Shown piece by piece: positions 9,630 through 18,792 of a DNA stretch of 64,000 bases. Within the stretch, counting starts at the first letter, position 1. The number at the start of each line of letters is the position of its first letter. Source of the stretch: an uncultured virus (IMG/VR IMGVR_UViG_3300031216_000010). Lineage: Duplodnaviria; Heunggongvirae; Uroviricota; Caudoviricetes. The stretch lies in IMG/VR virus record IMGVR_UViG_3300031216_000010; one strand, 5' to 3'. The notes beneath the pieces are model-generated. The model had not been told where the DNA came from and did no database searches. It saw only the letters and a list, made by a program, of their open reading frames with translations. Both the position numbers and the translations under genes were made by a program.

Positions 9630-10235
9630 ATGTCCGATTTCGATGACATCTCCCTGCAAGCTTACCTCCGCTTAAAGACGGGCAGCACTGACCCTGTGGC
9701 TAAAGCTCTGGGCACCTCAGTACGCAAAGCCCTCTTAACGGACTTCGGGGCGAAAGGTGATGCTAACAAGCGTCGCAAAGCCTTACAGAAGGACGCCGAG
9801 CGCATTAGAAAGCTCGTAAGGGGTAAGCGTCGTGAGTACGAGGCCTACCTTTATCAAGCTATTGGGCGGAAGGTGGACTTTGAGGAGACCAAACTAGAGT
9901 CCAGCGAGGGCGCTCAGTATAACGTCGTCGCTAAATACCTCGTCCAGAAGGATACGTCAGAGCCATTGGCTCCACGTTTCTACGTTGATCTGCGCATCGT
10001 CCCGAAAGAGGGTGAGTTTGAGGACCAGATTTCCATCACCCTTAATGCGGGATTCATCAACGCCATCGGTATGCAGCACACTAAATTCACCCAAGATGAC
10101 TTCAGTGAAGCCAAGCTAGAAAACCCAGCTGACGTTTTTGGTTGGATTGAATACCTTGAAGGTGACTTCCTAAAGGCCAGACGACTGGTTCGGCCCTTTG
10201 GGGATGGTAAGATGGACATGGGTACCAAGGACTGA
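9630..10235 (+). CDS. Hypothetical protein
   Basis: 201-aa ORF abutting dps. Confidence 0.65.
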   Translation: MSDFDDISLQAYLRLKTGSTDPVAKALGTSVRKALLTDFGAKGDANKRRKALQKDAERIRKLVRGKRREYEAYLYQAIGRKVDFEETKLESSEGAQYNVVAKYLVQKDTSEPLAPRFYVDLRIVPKEGEFEDQISITLNAGFINAIGMQHTKFTQDDFSEAKLENPADVFGWIEYLEGDFLKARRLVRPFGDGKMDMGTKD

Positions 10236-10248
10236 GGTCCACCTTTTC

Positions 10249-10262
10249 GGTAATCGTTTTGT
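10249..10262 (+). promoter_or_regulatory. Putative late promoter GGTAAT-N4-TTGT
   Basis: Recurrent intergenic motif. Confidence 0.55.
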
Positions 10263-10333
10263 AGAATGGTTAGGGTAACCGCGCGGGTCTGTGACCGCAA
10301 AAGCACCTTGACCAGTTATAGGAGTCAAATCAC

Positions 10334-11323
10334 ATGAGTCAGTTTACAGAGTATATTGCAGCTACGAAGTTCAACATCGGTGAAGACAAAGAAACCAACA
10401 TTGTCGTCAGCAAAGGGGAGATCGTCGAGTATGACGGTACGACTGCTAAGATCGGGGGTAAGGAATACAAATTCCCCCGCCTTAAGTCGGCAATCAAAGC
10501 CCGTTGGCTGGTTACACCAGAAGAGTTGGGCCTCGGTTCTAGCGAGTTCAAGCCTACTTCGGCTGGGATTAAGATGCGTGCCCCGACCCCTCAGGGTGAA
10601 GACCAGATAGCGTCCACCGCTACGATGGCAGATGAAGAGCGAGAAGTTAGCTCTCTTCAAGATTTCCGTGATGGGAATCACCGTAACCGGGGAAGTAACC
10701 AAGTCGTTTCTTCTCAGGAAGGCGAGGAAGTACAAGGCGTTCGATTTGCAACGAAGGCTGGTTCGGCTTCGCAGATGGAAGCTACCCGCGTGGACACCCT
10801 CAGCCAGACAGATATTCGTCGGATGGAAGAGTCCGGCGATCAAGGCAAGGCGGCCCACTTCGCAGACATGGAACGCATCAAGATGGAGCGAGAGATCGCG
10901 GCATTGAAAAAGCAACTTGCTGGGAACAAGCCTAAAAAGCAAGTTCGTGAGGGTATCACCTTTGAAAACGAAGGTCTCTCTCAGTCTGCTTCGGACACCA
11001 CGCAGGCTTCTACGGCTAGTGACTTTCCCGAAGGTACGTGGGATGGTGAGGAAGCTGAGGTAGTGGGAACGGCAGTCAAGGTATCGTCATCGTCAGAAGA
11101 GGCTTCGGACTCTCTGGATGTGTCGGACAAGGAATCCCGTCTGGCATTTGCCCGGCAGGTGGTTCCTAACTTCGATTGGGATTTCAGCACACACTGGAAG
11201 ACCAAGCTCAAGTCGTTGGAAGAGAGTACCAACCCGGTATATGTCAGCATGGTCTATGCCGTGGAGACAGAAGCCATGAAGAAGCACATTGCGAAGGCAT
11301 TCCCAGACTACAATTTGGGATGA
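10334..11323 (+). CDS. Hypothetical protein
   Basis: 329 aa; AGGAG RBS. Confidence 0.7.
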   Translation: MSQFTEYIAATKFNIGEDKETNIVVSKGEIVEYDGTTAKIGGKEYKFPRLKSAIKARWLVTPEELGLGSSEFKPTSAGIKMRAPTPQGEDQIASTATMADEEREVSSLQDFRDGNHRNRGSNQVVSSQEGEEVQGVRFATKAGSASQMEATRVDTLSQTDIRRMEESGDQGKAAHFADMERIKMEREIAALKKQLAGNKPKKQVREGITFENEGLSQSASDTTQASTASDFPEGTWDGEEAEVVGTAVKVSSSSEEASDSLDVSDKESRLAFARQVVPNFDWDFSTHWKTKLKSLEESTNPVYVSMVYAVETEAMKKHIAKAFPDYNLG

Positions 11324-11336
11324 TTGAGGACACCAC

Positions 11337-11885
11337 ATGCACCGTAAGGTCGCCAAGAAATACCTATCCCGGTTGCTTTGCGACCACCTTCAAGAGGCGG
11401 TAGCAAAGGCTAGGATTCACTACTCCAAGCTGGACGACCTTACGGAGCGTGCCCTTTCCCTTGTGGAAGATTCCACGCACAAAGACCATATTTACAAAGA
11501 AGCAGGCGACATGATTTTCCTCTTCCAAGCCAACTTGGAAGGGATGCAGGATCAGTTGGCTGTTTTGTCCTACGTCATTGAAAAGATGGCCCTTACCAGC
11601 GCCGCTGACGACCTCAACCCTTCCGTTCGAGTGGAATTGGACAAGGCTTTACAGGGTGGTGCAAAGGCAACTGCTGCTATGAACGCTCTCAGGGCCAAGC
11701 TAATGCCTCGTACAGACATTGAAGAGCAACAGGGCTTCCCGACCTATATCGACGAAACTCCTCCGGCTCTAAAGGACGAGGACGAAGGCTTGAACAAGAA
11801 TGTTCCGAAGCCCGCTGAGACAGATTGGTCAGGCTTCAAGACAGACTTCGCACGTCCTAATGTTACGGACGATATGGTACCATGA
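11337..11885 (+). CDS. Hypothetical putative virion protein
   Basis: 182 aa; GAGGA RBS; N-terminal RKVAKKY. Confidence 0.65.
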   Translation: MHRKVAKKYLSRLLCDHLQEAVAKARIHYSKLDDLTERALSLVEDSTHKDHIYKEAGDMIFLFQANLEGMQDQLAVLSYVIEKMALTSAADDLNPSVRVELDKALQGGAKATAAMNALRAKLMPRTDIEEQQGFPTYIDETPPALKDEDEGLNKNVPKPAETDWSGFKTDFARPNVTDDMVP

Positions 11886-12394
11886 CTCAAGACGCTCTCG
11901 TACAGGAGGTTATCGCCTCTTACATGCTTCGCTATCATCCGGTCCAAGTATGGGCACGGCGTAGTAAGCAGGCGTTAAAGGCCAAGGGCATTCTGCAAGA
12001 CCTAGATAAGGGTATCGTGGAGAGAGCTTCTGGGGTTCGGCTCACACAGAGCGATCACAATAAGCTCTTCAATACCCTGACCTATAATGCGACGAGCGGG
12101 GCAAAGACGTATACGGTCAAAATACAAGCCGTACCTGCGGAAGGGGAGAACCAGCGCCACTATTGGGAAGCTGACTTGCTACTGTCCTGCTCTTGTCCTT
12201 TCTGGCGGTATGGCGGCTGTGAGCACCATGCGAACCGTTTGGATTACCTCTATGCCGAGGAATACCCCCGAGGTACGTTGGCGGTACCGTCTATACGGGA
12301 TCCTGATAACAACAACTACGTGTGCAAGCACATTTACAAAGCATTACAGGAATCGAAGCGCATTTACTTTGACTACAAGCCCAAGTTTCGATAA
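11882..12394 (+). CDS. SWIM zinc-finger protein
   Basis: CSCPFW...VCKH motif. Confidence 0.7.
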   Translation: MTQDALVQEVIASYMLRYHPVQVWARRSKQALKAKGILQDLDKGIVERASGVRLTQSDHNKLFNTLTYNATSGAKTYTVKIQAVPAEGENQRHYWEADLLLSCSCPFWRYGGCEHHANRLDYLYAEEYPRGTLAVPSIRDPDNNNYVCKHIYKALQESKRIYFDYKPKFR

Positions 12395-12461
12395 TGCGCT
12401 ATTACGAATCTCCAAGTAAGGGCAGTACGCCTGTCCCCCTGTTTTTAGAGTTGAGGAAGAC

Positions 12462-12860
12462 ATGAAATACGACTTTGCGTGTACGTCCTGTGGTTCCGTC
12501 CAAACTGTTAGTGTGGCGGTGTCTGCATTTGAGGAGAAGAAAGCTACTGGTGTCCCTTGTACGAAGTGTGAGGGTACGGCTGAGTATCAGTTCAACACCA
12601 AAGGCGTTATCTTCTCGTTCGCAGGTGATGCGTGGGCGGACAAAAACTACCGTGAGAAGAAGTATCGAAAGCGCCGAGCGAGCTATATGTCCGACCGGCA
12701 GGCAAAGAGCCACATAAGACCGACCCTCAAGCCTAATTACAAGGGTGAAGAGGCAGACACGTGGGTAGAAGCTCGTGATGCCGCTAGAGATGACGGGAAA
12801 AACGTCGCCTCCTATGAGCCTTTGATCCATAAGGAACGCGCCCAAAAGAGAGGTGACTGA
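12462..12860 (+). CDS. FmdB-type zinc-ribbon protein
   Basis: YDFACTSC...CTKC...FSFAGDAW. Confidence 0.75.
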   Translation: MKYDFACTSCGSVQTVSVAVSAFEEKKATGVPCTKCEGTAEYQFNTKGVIFSFAGDAWADKNYREKKYRKRRASYMSDRQAKSHIRPTLKPNYKGEEADTWVEARDAARDDGKNVASYEPLIHKERAQKRGD

Positions 12861-13804
12861 TGTACATCTACCGACGCTCCGACAACCTGATTGACGCACA
12901 TATCGAGGACCATTTCTGGTTGAAGATAACTGTCACGGACGGTACGTCTTCAACCGGAGACTACAGGGTGGTTTTGGGTAGCTCCGTCTTCACGGCTACA
13001 GATAGTTCAGCCGGTATTGATGATTCCGCTGCCCTTGCTGCATCTCTTATCGTTGACATCAATGCCTCGTCCGAGCCGGTGACGGCTTATGCGGGCGCTG
13101 CCGCTAATGAAATTCTCTTACGTTACGACCAGTTCGGGTACAGCCCGGTAGACGTCTACAACCAGAATTTCAATTACTCGGTGTCGACAACCGACGACGA
13201 CGGTCAGATCACGGCCCGTGAGGTCCGCCCCTCTTACAACGTTAAGAACGCATCGAATTGGGATGGGTCTTTTACAACCATGCAGGCAGTCTCAAATACG
13301 GGCGCAGTATCAGACCGGTTCCGCAAGTCTTCCGAGCAAGTAGCGGCACAGGTGAACGCTAATCAATTGCGCCACCGTACACGTTTTTTGTTCGATCCAA
13401 ATGATTACTCACTGGACGATAACGACGTACTCTTTTTCCAAGAGACACCTGTTATTGACGCCACTGAGGTATTCGATGGCCCTATTGAGATTGTGATGGC
13501 TTCCCGTCAATACACAGACCAGAGGCCTCCTCTTATCCTCACTGGTACGGTTCCAGTCGCTGCGGACTTCGATAGTTCTCTAGAGCTACGACTTCCCCGG
13601 CAAACGGTATCCATTGAGATCAAAAACTCAGGCGGAAATCCCTTGTTCTTCGCTTTTGGAACCGGCTCGGCAGAATGGTCATTGGCGGCATCAGGGGTTT
13701 TTGTGGACAACCGTCTTTCGACCGGGTACCTCAATTTGAGGGCTAGTGGTTCGCCAACGACGGTCGAGATTTACGCCGTCTTGTCCCCCGACCCCGGTCT
13801 TTGA
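12860..13804 (+). CDS. Putative virion structural protein
   Basis: 314 aa, beta-rich S/T/D composition, within structural module. Confidence 0.55.
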   Translation: MYIYRRSDNLIDAHIEDHFWLKITVTDGTSSTGDYRVVLGSSVFTATDSSAGIDDSAALAASLIVDINASSEPVTAYAGAAANEILLRYDQFGYSPVDVYNQNFNYSVSTTDDDGQITAREVRPSYNVKNASNWDGSFTTMQAVSNTGAVSDRFRKSSEQVAAQVNANQLRHRTRFLFDPNDYSLDDNDVLFFQETPVIDATEVFDGPIEIVMASRQYTDQRPPLILTGTVPVAADFDSSLELRLPRQTVSIEIKNSGGNPLFFAFGTGSAEWSLAASGVFVDNRLSTGYLNLRASGSPTTVEIYAVLSPDPGL

Positions 13805-13863
13805 GTCAATAAAGTGTTAATATCTAGGATTAGGTGATTCACTTACGCTTCGGAGGCTTCTAA

Positions 13864-14469
13864 ATGCTCATTCGACTTGTACATAGCCAGAACTCACAAG
13901 GTGTGCTTCTGGTTTCAGACATTGATTCCGGGCTTCCCAACGAAGCCTTCGGTATCTATTACAAACAGCCGGTTTACCTGCCCTACTACCGCACCTTCTT
14001 TAACGGTGATGGTCTGGTGGAGGTAGATGAAACCAAGCCGGGCTTCATTGATCTGGCCCCTACGGACAAGGTTCTCTTGTCTCAGGATAGAGGGGTTATC
14101 AAGGGCCTTGCTGACAACACGCTTTTGACTGTTGTAGAGATTCCAGCGGGTGCTACAGCAGCACCTACGGTTTCTGCTTCAACGCACGATACGGCGACTT
14201 CGGCTACTTCCGCAACCGACGACGGTTTGCTCACTATCACGGGCACCAACCTTCTGTCTTACTCGCCAGACACAACGTCTATTGAGATTACAGATGGAGT
14301 TACCACGGTGACTGTGGCAGACGGGGATGCTGGTGTTACGGTAACGGCTACTTCAATTGAAGTCACCGCTGCCGCACACGGGTTTGCTACAGGCGGAACT
14401 GAGGACATCACTTCTGTTACCGTCACTGCAAATACGCAGTCGGTCACTGACGCACCTACTATCGTTTAA
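13864..14469 (+). CDS. Putative structural protein with Ig-like (IPT-like) C-terminal domain
   Basis: GGAGG RBS; APTV...LTITGTNL...SIEVT pattern. Confidence 0.6.
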   Translation: MLIRLVHSQNSQGVLLVSDIDSGLPNEAFGIYYKQPVYLPYYRTFFNGDGLVEVDETKPGFIDLAPTDKVLLSQDRGVIKGLADNTLLTVVEIPAGATAAPTVSASTHDTATSATSATDDGLLTITGTNLLSYSPDTTSIEITDGVTTVTVADGDAGVTVTATSIEVTAAAHGFATGGTEDITSVTVTANTQSVTDAPTIV

Positions 14470-14474
14470 GATGA

Positions 14475-14849
14475 ATGGAAGATATTCAGGCCAAGAAGCT
14501 CCGGGATGCTCTGGAGCGCCACAGCTTCGATTTTCGAGGCATCTTGTGGCAACCGCGTCGTCTCGTACAGACGAACACGGTGGCTCTGATTATGGAGGTC
14601 GTAGGAGCACTTGTAACGGAAGTAGAAGGGTTGCCGCTTGAAGACCTGCCCACGTCGTCTAAGCTGCTAAGGTTGCAGCATGACATTGATGTAGCGTGGG
14701 AGAAGGTTAAGCGAAACCGCTTGTACAATCAGGCAGATTTTTTCGGCCAAGTTGGAGTCATCTTCGACAAGGTTGGAGTCATTTTTGAAGAACTGGCTAG
14801 GCTAGAACGCATGGGTCTTCTGGACCCGGAACTCTCATTGGAGAAATAA
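14475..14849 (+). CDS. Hypothetical protein
   Basis: 124-aa ORF in operon. Confidence 0.6.
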   Translation: MEDIQAKKLRDALERHSFDFRGILWQPRRLVQTNTVALIMEVVGALVTEVEGLPLEDLPTSSKLLRLQHDIDVAWEKVKRNRLYNQADFFGQVGVIFDKVGVIFEELARLERMGLLDPELSLEK

Positions 14850-14850
14850 C

Positions 14851-15297
14851 ATGGCACTTATCAGCGTAGTAGGCTCACCCTTTGGTAAAGTCCTTCTACA
14901 GGACCTCACAAAGAAGCAGAGCCTTCGAGAGCATACAATCAATCCTCCCGGACAGGAGCGTTATATCCACCCCGTCGATGACGATGGTGAGTTGACCGCT
15001 AACCTCGAAGGTCTGGGCGCAACTGCCCTCGACTCGGAACTTGCTACATTCATCGCCAACACCATTGGTGCGGATAACATTTCGGTCGCCACTATCATTA
15101 CACAAGCAGATGCCCTTGCCGGCGTCACTGGAACTACCTCAGGTGAAGCTGAGGCTATTCAAGCCCTCATCTCCTACGATTTCGTAGAGACTGGCAAGTT
15201 CCTTCTCAGCTTCAATGATGGCGTTCTGGCCAAGCTCAATGAGCTTGGTTGGATCAAGGTCTTTGTTGCAGACGGTACGGCTCTCTTCACGCTCTAA
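14851..15297 (+). CDS. Putative structural protein
   Basis: 148 aa; GGAG RBS. Confidence 0.6.
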   Translation: MALISVVGSPFGKVLLQDLTKKQSLREHTINPPGQERYIHPVDDDGELTANLEGLGATALDSELATFIANTIGADNISVATIITQADALAGVTGTTSGEAEAIQALISYDFVETGKFLLSFNDGVLAKLNELGWIKVFVADGTALFTL

Positions 15298-15327
15298 TCT
15301 CTTGTCACGTCACACACCGGAGGACTA

Positions 15328-15927
15328 ATGTCTGATCAAAAACTCAGAGATGCACTTATCCGTCTAGCTCACGCCAAGCCTGAGCTTCGTAAGGACATCT
15401 TGCCTATGCTTAAGACGGCAAAAAAGACCCACTTCAATCTTTCGAATCATGCAGAACAGTACGAAGATGAGATTGCGATGCTTGCCACCACTAACTACGG
15501 CCCGTGGAGGAGTACCGCTGAGGCCGAGGCCCTCGTCAAGAAGGCCATCAAGGATTACGCTCAAGAGCGTTACCGTGACGTGATTGAGTCGTTTGGAAAG
15601 CAAGACATCAAGTACATTGTAGAGATGCACATGTACCAAGATGAGAACGACCCTTACAACCTAGAGCCACCTGACCCGAAAGTGGGTAAAGACATTGAAT
15701 CGGCTCTCAAGGCTATCATCGGTAATGATTGGAGCAGCTATGCGGGAGTTCGTGCTGACAAGGGCATGATGTACCACGGTAGCAACAAAGCATGGCAGGT
15801 CTACATTAGAGATCATCCTAATTACAACGTGGATAATCTTTGGCGCTCCCTCGGTAAGGCTCTTGGAAGAGACTTTGATATTAAGGTACAAGACAACGTG
15901 ACCCTTTTAGTACCCATCCAAAAGTGA
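15328..15927 (+). CDS. Hypothetical protein with shared leader
   Basis: GGAGG RBS; LRDALIRLAHAKPELRKDILPMLKTA. Confidence 0.75.
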   Translation: MSDQKLRDALIRLAHAKPELRKDILPMLKTAKKTHFNLSNHAEQYEDEIAMLATTNYGPWRSTAEAEALVKKAIKDYAQERYRDVIESFGKQDIKYIVEMHMYQDENDPYNLEPPDPKVGKDIESALKAIIGNDWSSYAGVRADKGMMYHGSNKAWQVYIRDHPNYNVDNLWRSLGKALGRDFDIKVQDNVTLLVPIQK

Positions 15928-16026
15928 GGAAAACCCATGAACAAGACAGCACAGCAACTTATTAAGCTCGGTACCGAACACCCGGAGCTTCGCCCGCATA
16001 TCCGCCCTGTACTGGCTGCTATGAAG
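15927..16026 (+). repeat. 100-bp direct repeat, copy 1 (RBS plus 30 leader codons)
   Basis: Matches 16281-16380 except one synonymous base (ATT/ATC). Confidence 0.95.
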
Positions 16027-16275
16027 ACCTCTAGCCGTGAGGTGGAGATTCCCGTCAACACAGCCCTCGATGAAGTGGTCGAAGCTGTGGATGAGATTGT
16101 TAGTATCCGAGAACGGTGGATGGATATTGCTCCTAGAGGGTCTTTGCGCGCCACCACAGCTTTGTACGATGCACTAATGGTGGCAGAAGAAAACCTCCGA
16201 AAGGCCCGAAAGCTTGTAAAGGATTCCGATAAGGAAATCTCTAAGCTTCAAGGCGCTGCTCGCCGGTCACTCTAA
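15937..16275 (+). CDS. Hypothetical protein with shared leader
   Basis: QLIKLGTEHPELRPHIRPVLAAMKTS then a unique helical body. Confidence 0.75.
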   Translation: MNKTAQQLIKLGTEHPELRPHIRPVLAAMKTSSREVEIPVNTALDEVVEAVDEIVSIRERWMDIAPRGSLRATTALYDALMVAEENLRKARKLVKDSDKEISKLQGAARRSL

Positions 16276-16280
16276 GCGTA

Positions 16281-16380
16281 AGGAAAACCCATGAACAAGA
16301 CAGCACAGCAACTTATCAAGCTCGGTACCGAACACCCGGAGCTTCGCCCGCATATCCGCCCTGTACTGGCTGCTATGAAG
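16281..16380 (+). repeat. 100-bp direct repeat, copy 2
   Basis: Matches 15927-16026. Confidence 0.95.
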
Positions 16381-16686
16381 CAAGCTCGTGCTCAGGGACC
16401 TGTTATGGGGGTTCTGCATAAGTACTGGAACACAGTACATGACATGGAGCGCGAGCTAAAGGATGTGGCACGGGAATATGACCATGCCGCCTCTTACTCT
16501 GACGGCCCCGGTAAGAAGGGTGCCGAGAAAATGATCAAGATGATTGAAGATGTTGTCAAGTCACTTGAGGACATCTCCATGAAGCAACTTGGTAAGCTCA
16601 CCGATGAGGAAGCTAAGTGGGTTCGTGAGCATGGTGAGCCTGACGATTACGCAACAGAGCAGAGTGCTAAGATGTTCCCGCGTTAA
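16291..16686 (+). CDS. Hypothetical protein with shared leader
   Basis: First 30 aa identical to the 15937 protein; unrelated body. Confidence 0.75.
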   Translation: MNKTAQQLIKLGTEHPELRPHIRPVLAAMKQARAQGPVMGVLHKYWNTVHDMERELKDVAREYDHAASYSDGPGKKGAEKMIKMIEDVVKSLEDISMKQLGKLTDEEAKWVREHGEPDDYATEQSAKMFPR

Positions 16687-16710
16687 TGTTGCTTGAGTCA
16701 AGTGAGTAGA

Positions 16711-16947
16711 ATGGAAAGCGTTGAGAAGGATTTTAGGACCAGCGACCTATATTTCGCTGCGTACCTCAAAAGCTCAGGTGTAGAGTTTAAGGGTTCGGCT
16801 AAAGTAGGCCGTAAGACCTATTTCATTTTCGCCGAAATAGATAACATGCGGGAGATGCGAGATAGCTACTTCGCAGGTACTGCTCAGGTTTCGGCCCTGT
16901 CCCACGCCAATGAGATTCGCAACCTAAAGCGTCTCTGCCACATGTAA
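16711..16947 (+). CDS. DUF5659-like small phage protein
   Basis: TSDLYFAAYL..G...FIF pattern. Confidence 0.55.
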   Translation: MESVEKDFRTSDLYFAAYLKSSGVEFKGSAKVGRKTYFIFAEIDNMREMRDSYFAGTAQVSALSHANEIRNLKRLCHM

Positions 16948-16965
16948 CCCCAAGCTGGAGCCGTC

Positions 16966-17856
16966 ATGCCAGAACAGTACGAGAGAGGATACATCACCTG
17001 CCCCGATGACCTCTCCATCGAAGTGGTAGATTCTGGCAATGCTCCGATTGACCCCTTCTACATCAAGTACGCCCTTTTCGATGTGACCACAGGCACGGAA
17101 GTCCTTATCGGACCTTCTCAGCGTGACCCTGTGCGCATCGAACTTGGTTCGTACTATGCACACTTCCAAGTCCCAGAGAATGCCGCTTACGGCCTCTACC
17201 GTATTCGGTGGACAATCCAAGAGACTTCTTCGTCACCGCAAGTAACGGTCATGGAGGAGTTTGAGATTGTGGATGCCTTACAGTTCCAAGCTCAGTTGTA
17301 CACCACCATACAAGCGGACATGATTGCGAGGCTTCGCCGTCTCCTGAGAGACAACAATCCCGACCGAAACTACCATTTCCGGCCTCCAACGTCGTCAGGG
17401 ACAATCAACGAGTTCAACAGGGTGTTTGCGTACATCTGGGAGGACATCGAACTCATTGAGTATATGGAGCAGGCTGTCTTCTCGATTAACGCCTCCCCAC
17501 CTGAAACTCATTTCCGATCTATTGATGATCTGGTGAGAGCAAAGCGGGACTGGATTCCGTGGGTCATGACAGGTGCTATGGTTCACGCTTGCATTGCGCT
17601 GAGTTTGAACTGGATAGCAGATGAGTTTGACTACTCCATTGGGGGTGTGTCTTTGTCCATTGAGAAGTCCTCGAAGTACGAGTCCATCAAGCAGAATGCA
17701 GAGGGCCGCTTCGACAAGTTCATGGAGAATAAGACTCGTACCGTGAAGATTATGAGAGGTCTCCGACAGAGCAGGTACGGCTTGGGCGTGCGCAGTGCGT
17801 TTGGTCCTGTTACCGGTAAGGGCGTCCTGACCCCTCGAAAATTCATCGGAATCTGA
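16966..17856 (+). CDS. Putative head completion/neck protein
   Basis: 296 aa; LRRLLRD and YSIGGVSL motifs typical of adaptor proteins; position in module. Confidence 0.55.
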   Translation: MPEQYERGYITCPDDLSIEVVDSGNAPIDPFYIKYALFDVTTGTEVLIGPSQRDPVRIELGSYYAHFQVPENAAYGLYRIRWTIQETSSSPQVTVMEEFEIVDALQFQAQLYTTIQADMIARLRRLLRDNNPDRNYHFRPPTSSGTINEFNRVFAYIWEDIELIEYMEQAVFSINASPPETHFRSIDDLVRAKRDWIPWVMTGAMVHACIALSLNWIADEFDYSIGGVSLSIEKSSKYESIKQNAEGRFDKFMENKTRTVKIMRGLRQSRYGLGVRSAFGPVTGKGVLTPRKFIGI

Positions 17857-17895
17857 GGACTTGATTACGGGCCTCTTAAAGGCTACGGTGTCCTC

Positions 17896-18235
17896 ATGAT
17901 AGCATTGCGTTTAGCCATTCGGTCATCCTTGACCGATGATCTCTTAAAGCCCAAATTCCGAGGCTCAAACATTCCCCTCTATGGCCATTGTTATGTGGCG
18001 TCAGAAGCGGCGTGGCACTTACTAGGCGGAACGTCGTCTGGTTGGAAGCCCTGTCAAGAAGGGCGTCGTACATTGGTGGCTAGTACGGGATGGTGAGATT
18101 TTGGATATGACTTCCGACCAGTATGAGTTCCAAGGTACTGAGCCTCCTTACGAGCATGGTCGTTGTGCGGGATTCCTGACATCCAAGCCAAGTAAACGCG
18201 CCCAAACCCTTATAAGACGGGTCCTGTTACGGTGA
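17896..18235 (+). pseudogene. Frameshifted papain/transglutaminase-like hypothetical gene
   Basis: GHCYVASEA in one frame; GVVHWWLVRDGEILDMTSDQY...LLR* in another frame from about 18059 (Cys-His-Asp pattern). Confidence 0.6.
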
Positions 18236-18252
18236 TCTAGCGAGGCCGTTCG

Positions 18253-18266
18253 GGTAATCTGTTTAT
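18253..18266 (+). promoter_or_regulatory. Putative late promoter GGTAAT-N4-TTAT
   Basis: Recurrent intergenic motif. Confidence 0.5.
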
Positions 18267-18314
18267 CCCCCTTGTAGGTAGCATTTCGTTCAACACTTAG
18301 CCAACGAGGGGCCT

Positions 18315-18695
18315 ATGTGGACTCAGCCCAATTCCCTTTACCGTTACTGTTCCCCATCACATTCAGAGTTTGAATTCTACTACTTGCCTCTCCCTAAGTT
18401 CCACCAGAAGAGGCTTCGCCAGAGTTACGACCGGTTCGTAGACCCGTATCAATTCATGTCTGACCTGCTAAGAGATCGTATCCTCTTGATGGAGGAAGAG
18501 GTTGAAGGGAACGTTTACCCTTACGAGTGGCCCGTTGACCCCGAGATACAGAACCACCTCATTAAGCGCCTCCCCAAAGAACTAGTATTCGAGTTAGGGG
18601 CCGTGATCCTCGGTTGGATGCGCGCCGAAGATGAAGAGGCAGAGGTATTCCTTATGCGTATTGCAGAGCACTTAAAGCAGAATGCAATGACCTGA
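18315..18695 (+). CDS. Hypothetical protein
   Basis: 126 aa; GAGGGG RBS. Confidence 0.65.
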   Translation: MWTQPNSLYRYCSPSHSEFEFYYLPLPKFHQKRLRQSYDRFVDPYQFMSDLLRDRILLMEEEVEGNVYPYEWPVDPEIQNHLIKRLPKELVFELGAVILGWMRAEDEEAEVFLMRIAEHLKQNAMT

Positions 18696-18709
18696 GCCTA
18701 ACCTGAAAC

Positions 18710-18723
18710 GGTTATCCGCTTAT
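18710..18723 (+). promoter_or_regulatory. Putative late promoter GGTTAT-N4-TTAT
   Basis: Recurrent intergenic motif. Confidence 0.5.
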
Positions 18724-18763
18724 ATGCGGGGTACGGTAGAGATACCTTGTGCCCCGCATTTTT
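18724..18763 (+). terminator. Terminator-like hairpin directly after the putative promoter
   Basis: ATGCGGGGTAC...GTGCCCCGCAT stem followed by TTTT. Confidence 0.55.
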
Positions 18764-18792
18764 CGTAGGGGCTTCTGCTAGGACGGTGAGGC

